Of a stretch of 64,000 nucleotides of DNA, positions 56,618-64,000 are shown one piece after another (positions within the stretch are counted from its first letter, which is position 1; each line of letters starts with the position of its first letter). The stretch comes from Cyanidioschyzon merolae (Eukaryota), in the NCBI GenBank assembly GCA_000091205.1, contig AP006486.2; one strand, 5' to 3'. The notes beneath the pieces were generated by a model that saw nothing but the letters and a program-made list of their open reading frames with translations, was not told where the DNA came from and ran no database searches. A program made the translations under genes and the position numbers.

Positions 56618-57523
56618 CTAGCGGGCCAAAATCCCCTCTAATGGACCTTGCTGCGCATTCGATTGCGCAACGGCAACCATGAATGCCAGAACAACATCTA
56701 CTTGCACATCCAATGGAGCAACGGTTTCCATTGGACAGTGCAGGAAAAAAGTCTGCCACAGATGATGCCCGTTCTCCGCAAGACCCTCAAATGCGGAGAG
56801 ATAAAATAAGTAATTACATAAGAAACGACCCGCGTCGTCATTGACACGCACTGTCCAGTTCGTTCGACCCCACTCGTTCAGCAGGGACTCGGTGCGTTCA
56901 CAGAGAGAGGCCAACGCTTCCCCGTCAAGTTCGTAGCGTGCACCGAGCTGAGCACCACGGACGATTGGAATCGGCGTTGTCGGTTGCCAGCCTCTTTCAT
57001 CGGGGAATCGAAAAAGCGCCTCATTCACAGCACTGCGCTCGACGAGGAAACCATCCGCGGATGCGTCAACTCCGAGATGCAAGAAACAGACCGTCCTGTT
57101 TCTGCCATCTGACGAGATATTTGGTTTTTGTCGCATTTGGAGGCACTGGGTTTTCATTTCCGCAAGCGTCTCGTGAGCCGCTGCTGCCGACACCTCGAGG
57201 ATCCGCAGATCGACGATTCGCACAAGCCGCTCGTGCAACATCTGAACGCGACCTGGATCCTGCAGGATTTCTCGTAGTCGCAGCACGACACGCTCCGTCG
57301 GGTTGTCTTCCATAAGCGCAAACCGGCCAAATCCAGTGATGTAAAAGTATGTGACTGCTTTCGATAGCGATGGAGGCGCTCTTGGCAGGTCAACCACCTG
57401 CAGTTCGTTTTCATGCTCAGCGTTCGTCACTTGAGCTGACGAAACATACGTTGAATGAGCACCGCCCAGGTGGCCTGTTTCTTCGTGCGCTCCCACAGGT
57501 TTCGAAGTGCTCGCTGCGCGCAT
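56618..57523 (-). CDS. Pyroglutamyl peptidase I (peptidase C15)-like protein. The ORF stays open to a GTG at 57550.
   Basis: YITGFGRF (cf. the vTGFepF motif), HLGVDASADGFLVERSAVNEALFRFPDERGWQP, a catalytic-Cys context DDAGRFLCNY and His context FFLHCP. ATG at 57521-57523 on the minus strand. Confidence 0.7.
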   Translation of the reverse strand: MRAASTSKPVGAHEETGHLGGAHSTYVSSAQVTNAEHENELQVVDLPRAPPSLSKAVTYFYITGFGRFALMEDNPTERVVLRLREILQDPGRVQMLHERLVRIVDLRILEVSAAAAHETLAEMKTQCLQMRQKPNISSDGRNRTVCFLHLGVDASADGFLVERSAVNEALFRFPDERGWQPTTPIPIVRGAQLGARYELDGEALASLCERTESLLNEWGRTNWTVRVNDDAGRFLCNYLFYLSAFEGLAENGHHLWQTFFLHCPMETVAPLDVQVDVVLAFMVAVAQSNAQQGPLEGILAR

Positions 57524-57560
57524 CCCAGTGAGCCACGCTCTCCCCTGCACCGCACACCAA

Positions 57561-58350
57561 CAACGAACGCCTCAAAAGACAAAAGTTGCTGCAGGCAGTG
57601 TACAGTAGTGCGGAGAAACCCGCCCTAGACAACTCGTCGCCAACTGACTTGCAGACGCCTCCTGGTCTTTTCGGACCGGCCACCTACAACTGATTCCATC
57701 TTTTTCTCATATAATTCAACTTTTAGAAGTTGTCCCACAAAGTTCGCTCGTGTCGACGCTGGAGGTCTCGTCTCCAGCATCGCACTTTTCCTTATATGGA
57801 TTGCTGCGTTACAGCCTCGGTTCATAAACTCCATTCGTTTATTGCCGCTGGTGGAAGTCACCATTTTAAGGAGTCCTTGAAGTCGTGCCTTCCGTTCCAT
57901 TTCATTTGCTGTCACCTCACCGTACTTTTCTATATCTTCTAGGATTTGCTGGCTCTTCCCCGTCTCGGCCGTCTGAATTGTACGCCCCAGTTCATCCCAT
58001 AATATTTTAAAATCAAGGCACTGCTTTATGCATTTAGCTGAGGACATTCCCGGAGGAGATAGCACTTGCGCAGAAAGGACGACAGGTGCCCCGGTAGTGT
58101 TGTATGCTGAGCGCTTCAGCGATTCGCTCCATGCATCGATCGATACGTTTCACGATACAAAACACTCCCTCAATGGGGTAGACCAACGGAAACCACTAAA
58201 GAATGAAAACCAGCTCTATCCAGACAGAATCGGCAAGATCTCGAACGCAACAGGAATGATGAAATGCCAGTTTGTCCCGTAGAAGGACGTCGTTAGACGT
58301 CAGGGAAAAGGGACCCTTAATTCGACAACGTGGTTGAACCTGTTGTACGA
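57561..58350 (-). pseudogene. Diverged, stop-interrupted 3' portion of the TnpB/Fanzor-like family (copy d)
   Basis: Minus-strand translation ...FYGTN..PVAFEILPILSG*..FSGFRWSTPLRECF..*..SSAKCIKQC..KYGEVTANEMERKARLQGLLKMVTSTSGNKRMEFMNRGCNAAIHIRK..LETRPP..GGRSEKTRRRLQVSWRRVV*. A conserved tail follows the TAG (57561-57624). Confidence 0.5.
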
Positions 58351-59575
58351 GGCTGCTCTTCAAGTTCGATCTTATACACAACGGACTCTGATTGCTCGTG
58401 TACGCTCAGAGCGTTTCGTACGAGGCAAGTCGCATCGACTAAAAAAACAAACCGACGTCCTTGTGCTTCATATCCATAGTGACTTTCCAGGAGCTTTGTT
58501 GTAGTTGCTGTTTCTGTCGAAGATGGCCGTGTTTGGACTAGGACTTTTTTGCGACGATATGTCTCAGTGTTTTTGGGACCGCACGAACAGACTTCTGCGA
58601 AACAGAGACGCCGTTTGCGGCTACGATCATCGCTTTTCTTTGCTTCCCGTAAGGTGATCGACGAGTAGTTTTAAACCATGGACCGCAACCAGTCTCTAAG
58701 AAGATCGATTTTCGGTACGTAACTCAAATCCTGCTTCCTTCCCGTGCTCCTCGACCATCAGAGTACTGTGATATAACTGACGTGAAGGATGGATGCAGAC
58801 CTCGTTGCACTTTTCAGCAAAGAATATATCTTGTAGGCCATTCGTCTACGATATATGCGGCACGTTTCATCGATATTTCGATCCCTTACTATACACTGCG
58901 ACAAAGCATTCGAATACTCTCTCCGCGGGGACGAAACAGCATGTAGTAGAATGGCGATCCATCCAGCGGTGCGAATCGCACCGTCCACGAGTTGCGTTTA
59001 ACGTCCAGAGATCGAAAACTTGAAGAGTGTCTCTTTTGAGCATGCACCATAGAGGCAATGGAGAAGAATGTGTGCTTGCACGTATGCACTACCTCATGAT
59101 ATGGGTTCTATGTCGAACGCTTATTCGGATGCGTTGTGAATCACCATGATTTCGATGATGTACCGAGTTCCAGCGCAAAATATTCGATAGAATCGCTCTG
59201 GGAATCCGACCGAAAACCCTGACACTACACATGAACTCGTATGCCCCGGTCGCTGCACTTCGAATCCAGATGCTGTACACCAAAAAATAAAAGTGAAAAG
59301 AAATAGAAAGGTAGGCGCAGAACGAACACTTCAACAGACCACCTCCAGTTCGATACGACTACTGGTTTGCACCGACGCGCCTGTACGTCGCGTCACAGGT
59401 CGCAACGGATGACGCTTTGGGGTGGGCGTTCGCGCGTACCGCTCCCTAGAGCAAGAACGCGAATAAAACAGCTCCGAGTGTGAGGAGCTTCGGCTCTACC
59501 CGATAGACGCTGTGGTGCGAGATACGACTGCGCGATAGGGAACCTCCGGCGCCGGTGGAACGACGACGCTCGGGA

Positions 59576-60352
59576 ATGAGCGCGGACTCTGGAAAATGTG
59601 CAGCGTGTTGCGTTGAGCACTGCCTCTGTAAGCGCGAAGCCGTTTTCCGAGCTCACCAAGTTCACTGCGTTGAGGTCGAGAACGAGCCAACGCACCCCGA
59701 GCTATTCCGGAACGAGTGGGTGCGAGTCTACGCAGGCATCCTCGCAATAGGGAACTGTACCTTGTTCCATAGGCACACGAGAGATACCCTATACGTGACG
59801 CTTCGAGACGCAAGCCTACTGAATGAATACTTTGTGGACCCGTCGCTTCGAGATGCGCACACAAAGACCTACCGACACGATGCGAGGCGTTTCGAGGTCT
59901 TTGGGCGGTGGCACGCTACCGACCAGAACCCACTTGTCCACCGGGTGTGTTATCCGTCGGACTGGGCGAAATCGCTTGCCGACCGCAGCGCTTCTCCTAC
60001 AACACTCTTTATTGGAATCGAGTTTCTGGCGTATCCTGAAGTGAGTCCAGCACTTATCGTCGCAGACGCTGTCCGCATCGAGAGCGTCGCGGAGTACCTG
60101 CAGGAGCCGAGTAGTCCACGTATGCGTCTCTGGCGTCTTCGCGAAAACCTTGAAGCGATTCGATTGCCTTTTCACTGTGTTGTGATCGAGTGGAGCTCGC
60201 CTCTGGATGAGCACTGGGATACAACTGATCTCGCAACATTAATGAAGCTCACTGCTAGTCGAGTGCGATTCGTTCCGGCTGGTGTGCAGCAGCTGCGCGT
60301 GTTGGCTAATACGCTCGTGGTAGAGCTGAGGTCAAGAACCGATCCATCTTGA
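59576..60352 (+). CDS. Hypothetical protein; weak resemblance to a cupin-fold thiol dioxygenase (ADO/PCO-like), very uncertain
   Basis: 259-aa ORF from the first ATG (the track start is GTG at 59555). Segments VRVYAGILAIGNCTLFHRHTRDTLYVTL and FEVFGRWHATDQNPLVHRV are His-containing beta-strand-like; there is no confident motif match. Confidence 0.3.
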   Translation: MSADSGKCAACCVEHCLCKREAVFRAHQVHCVEVENEPTHPELFRNEWVRVYAGILAIGNCTLFHRHTRDTLYVTLRDASLLNEYFVDPSLRDAHTKTYRHDARRFEVFGRWHATDQNPLVHRVCYPSDWAKSLADRSASPTTLFIGIEFLAYPEVSPALIVADAVRIESVAEYLQEPSSPRMRLWRLRENLEAIRLPFHCVVIEWSSPLDEHWDTTDLATLMKLTASRVRFVPAGVQQLRVLANTLVVELRSRTDPS

Positions 60353-60752
60353 CTGGCGCTATCAAACGATCGGTAACGGAAGCTGAAGGCTTCGGCTGGC
60401 ACCAGGTGCTCTGGTGACGGCATGCTGGTCGTGAACAGTGCGTCACCAAGCCGTATGGCGCACCACGGTTTCCCAGTACGTATGTAAAACAAGCGCGTAC
60501 CCTACACGTTCGTATTCAGGGTGATGACGAGTCGCCGCCACGGTATGCCGGGAAAATCATCCGAGTGCGCTTTCGCTGCTCGAATACTGAGCATCATCAC
60601 GAGTCTGGGTGCGTTTCACTGCACGAGTTGCAACGATCATAGAATCCGCCATCATCCAAGAGTGACGAAACGTCACATACGCACCGGCCTCGCACCTCCA
60701 AGTCAGGACGTGCCCATCAGCACGCAAACAGGTTCTGCGACCTGCTGTGCTT

Positions 60753-61688
60753 TCACCAAATGAAAGGAAACATGCGTTTCCTCGACCGGGGATAGAGGGT
60801 TCCGAATTCCTTCAGATACTGGCGATGCTTCGCCTGGGCCCAGATCATCATCTGCAGTGTACCCACGAGCATAAACAGGATGCCTGCGATTGTTTGCGTC
60901 ATCAAGTTAAATCCCACCCACGCCAGTACCTCAAATGTGTAGTTCGGACACGACACAAGCTCGAAAAGGAAGCCGTACGGGATCTGCCGCAGGCGCGTTC
61001 CCGCGGGTCTCAACTGCCGCAGGCGCCAGTGGCACACCAGGTTGCCCAGCTCACCGATGCCAAAGCACAACACGCCTATCCAAAACTGGATATGAGACGC
61101 GACCGGCGTATAGCGCGGATGACAAACGAAGTACGCAACATAGGTCGCAAAGCCCCAGTAATACGCGCAGTTCTTGACGAGATTGCGCCATGGCATTGTC
61201 GCGTTTGAAAAGCGATGAACGAAAAGCGTCTCTAGTTCCCTTTTCGCAAAGTGCAGCGTCCACGCCACTAGAGCCGCCCTCTGTTGGGGAAGCGCCCGAT
61301 GCCACGCGTAGCTAAAGTCCAGACCCCCTAGTTGCAGAGTGAAGACAATCGGAAACAGGACCAGGGGTCCTAAGTATTCAGCGAGGAAGACACCCCGCCA
61401 AGAGACCTGCGGCCCCAGATCTTTGAAGTGCACCACAAAGTCCTGCGCCCCAGCATCAACTCGAATTCCATACTCCTCCAGTTTGTGACCTGCTTCGAGC
61501 AGGCTACGAGCTTTGGGTGCTGAGGCAACCCCCGTGGGCAGCGTCAAGCGCTGACGCAACGGCTTCACCCGAGGTCCCTGGAGCCACAGCAGTTGCTGGA
61601 GGTCGTCCACAGTCTGTGGAGCGCCTGGCTCTCTTAGCGACAAACGCAAGAGCTCCCTGCCGGATCTCGATTGAATCGACAGGCTCAT
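60753..61688 (-). CDS. Very-long-chain trans-2-enoyl-CoA reductase (TECR/Tsc13-like; steroid 5-alpha-reductase family) with an N-terminal ubiquitin-like domain
   Basis: HFAKRELETLFVHRFSNATMPWRNLVKNCAYYWGF, LRQIPYGFLFELVSCPNYTFEVLAWVGF, MMIWAQAKHRQYLKEFGTLYPRSRKRMFPFIW. 311 aa, ATG verified. Confidence 0.85.
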   Translation of the reverse strand: MSLSIQSRSGRELLRLSLREPGAPQTVDDLQQLLWLQGPRVKPLRQRLTLPTGVASAPKARSLLEAGHKLEEYGIRVDAGAQDFVVHFKDLGPQVSWRGVFLAEYLGPLVLFPIVFTLQLGGLDFSYAWHRALPQQRAALVAWTLHFAKRELETLFVHRFSNATMPWRNLVKNCAYYWGFATYVAYFVCHPRYTPVASHIQFWIGVLCFGIGELGNLVCHWRLRQLRPAGTRLRQIPYGFLFELVSCPNYTFEVLAWVGFNLMTQTIAGILFMLVGTLQMMIWAQAKHRQYLKEFGTLYPRSRKRMFPFIW

Positions 61689-64000
61689 TTCCAGTCAAAA
61701 CTTCAACGGTGATAGCGCAGGCTAAAAGCGCTCGTTCCCTTTGCAGAGGCCTCGCTGAGCGTCCGAACGCCAAGGTCAAGCGCTCGAGCGGGGATGGGGT
61801 ACGCTTCAAGCGCCGCGTCTGCGCTGCTCGTTTCATAAAAGGGTCAGTTGGATACCGGCAGGTTTCTGCTGCCACAGCCGAATACGTCACGATGTGCCTG
61901 AAACCTGTACGGACTCCAGGAAGGAAACGAGTGCTTTTTAGGATTAGAAATTAACTGCGGAGCTTTTGAATTGCGACAAAAACAGCACGACCAGGAAAAG
62001 CAGTTGACGTTGGGTTGCACGCTCGAACGTGTACAACCCGCGGACGATTCTGCTGAAGATGCGAACTGGGAACCGAATATCGAAGAATTATCTTTATTAT
62101 TAGGAAATGTTCAGGTTTCGCGAGATCAAGGCTAAGACAGCGTACCAGATTTACGCGTTGAGTTGATCTCACGAGTTGCCGGCAGCAGAGGTGTCTGAAT
62201 GAAGCAGCAACCTAGCGGTACGTTGGCCCGCGCTCCAGTGGGAACCCGGGACCCTGCAGCAGGCTGCGGACGCTTCCTCATGGTCATCGTGAACGTTTCT
62301 ACACGCTGAACGCTTTGAACAAGTGCATCGACGGTTGGTCGGAACACTTTGCGTCACGTCTGGTGGACGGCACCTCGCTATGCGCACAACGCTGCAACAG
62401 CGCAGTGTGTGCCAGCGTGTCGCTCACCAAAGATGCCTGGTAGTTGACGGCAGTGCTGCGTTTTGGCAGTGTCGTGCATCCTCGAAAGAAGAAGCGAAAG
62501 CGACAAACGTCCCTGATTCATGGCAGATGCTGTGGTATGGAATGGAGCCGGATGCAAGTTGCGACTGAACCGGCGATTCTATGCTCCTTTGACGTAAAGC
62601 AGAGCGTGTTGGAACACCTTTGCCAGAACGGACTTTCGGTTTGTGTTTTGTTTCACACAGGTATTCAAGAAATGGGTTGTATCCTGTAGATTGGAGAAAG
62701 GTCGCGCAAAGAGATTGTATGAAGTCATTGCGAGCTTGTGAAAAGAAACAGTTTTTCTCATACGAGTCAGTCGGTCCACGGTCAGCCGGCAGATGCGCTG
62801 CCCGGCCTCGTTGTCCTGGTTCTAAGCGCCGCGTACTCAAAACAGAAGTTATTCAACCCCATTTGCTTCGCTGTTTGGTCGACAATCCATTACAATCTGT
62901 CCGTTCCTTGAGGATTACTACTACTGGAGAATCAACAGAATAGGCCGTGTTCGCACCGCTGAAGCAAATGTTAATAAAAGAGCACCGATGGGCAAAGGAA
63001 GTGAAAGCATGCTTCACTGGGAGGTCATCGCGTGCTGACCAACATGCCGTTGATTTCGTACGAGGACACGAACGCTTCTGCTTTCAGGTACCAGGGGCGC
63101 GCTTCTCAATCGATCATGCTTGATCCGGGGAGAAATTGCGGACGTGCACATGGGTCATTAAAATGAGGTACAGCGCTGTACGTAAACAGAACACGAGCGG
63201 ATTCGACGATTCCATCAGACCGAGTGGCAATCGAATGTCGTGGTCGTGTACAAACTGACAAGCAGACACGATAGGTTCACACTTGATCCTTCATCGATGG
63301 AGGCTTCGTGAGCTCGCCTCCCTGAATTCTCTCCCCTGCTCGCAGACAATGTCACTTTACATCATTCAAAAGTGGTCACGGATTATGCATCCGGTATTTA
63401 CGAGGATCACCTCTTCATGCCATTGTATTTATCCTGTTCCATTCAGTCGGAGGTGTTATTTCTGTCGTTCAACGCCATTTTTACGCTCAAGGATCAATGA
63501 ACGAGTCGTTCGCACCAGAAACACTGAGGGATGTAGGACGCCATTACGCATAGCAAAGCCTATGATTCGAAGAAGGCTCGCCTTGCTTTCATCTTTTCAA
63601 CGCACCTCGTCAGGCAAATATTTCTCGTAGTTCCGCATACAGGGCTATCTACCGCCCGTATTCCTCAGGAATCTTTCGATCTAGCTTTCGTGCGACAGCA
63701 CAACTGATGCTCAGGAGAGAAGATGCAGTACAGGATGATCGCGTGATCAGAGATTTGCGCGCTTGCTTTTCAGAATACCTGGACTAGTTGCCGCACCACC
63801 TAGGCGGTCGGAGCATTTACCGCGCAGGTGCCGAGAAGCACCAAATCATCCGCCTATACCAAAAGCATACGCGGGTCATTCACCGGAGCTTCATGAAGCG
63901 CGCCTTGAGCGCGTTGTCGCTTCTCTCTACTGACCGAGAAAAGCGGGGTCGCATGAAAGGGATTCTCGGGATGTACGTGGAGGCAACAAAAACTGATTCT

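Noticed and set aside
1-64000. Reading the window as a prokaryotic defence island (macro domain, helicases, methyltransferase and TnpB side by side)
   Set aside because: Several ORFs are unambiguously eukaryotic (uL15/RPL27a of eukaryotic type, GID8 LisH-CTLH, TECR, Pdr5-type PDR, ABCC). Genes are monocistronic with separate divergent and convergent arrangements. The TnpB-like protein is better explained as a eukaryotic Fanzor-type element.

Overview
This window reads as a compact, intron-poor eukaryotic nuclear region with GC around 55%. Several ORFs are eukaryote-specific: ribosomal protein uL15/L27a, GID8 (LisH-CTLH), trans-2-enoyl-CoA reductase, a Pdr5-type PDR transporter and an ABCC/MRP transporter. 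Gene density is roughly one gene per 3 kb, which fits an oomycete- or stramenopile-like genome; the lineage itself cannot be determined here.

Seventeen protein-coding genes can be supported from conserved motifs. They are a RecQ helicase, a J-domain protein, a macro-domain protein, an XPD/Rad3-family Fe-S helicase, an MT-A70 methyltransferase and a 2055-aa ABCC transporter. Two divergently transcribed ABCG half-genes together look like the N and C halves of one asymmetric Pdr5-type PDR pump. The rest are an NDUFAF7/MidA-like methyltransferase, endonuclease III, RPL27a, GID8, pyroglutamyl peptidase I, TECR and four hypothetical ORFs.

The most unusual content is a family of four decayed TnpB/Fanzor-like RuvC-nuclease elements (one near-complete, three fragments). 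They share a conserved non-coding 3' tail of about 70 nt, and every copy carries non-canonical residues at the expected RuvC-II and RuvC-III catalytic positions. Every copy sits immediately upstream of a host gene and in the same orientation.

Other structure includes two 99%-identical 1-kb direct repeats flanking the NDUFAF7-like gene, a 42-43 bp minisatellite, and (CACG)n and GA-rich tracts in the divergent ABCG promoter. Several coding trinucleotide repeats are also present.

The supplied ORF track uses alternative start codons (GTG, TTG); where noted, I moved starts to the first in-frame ATG.
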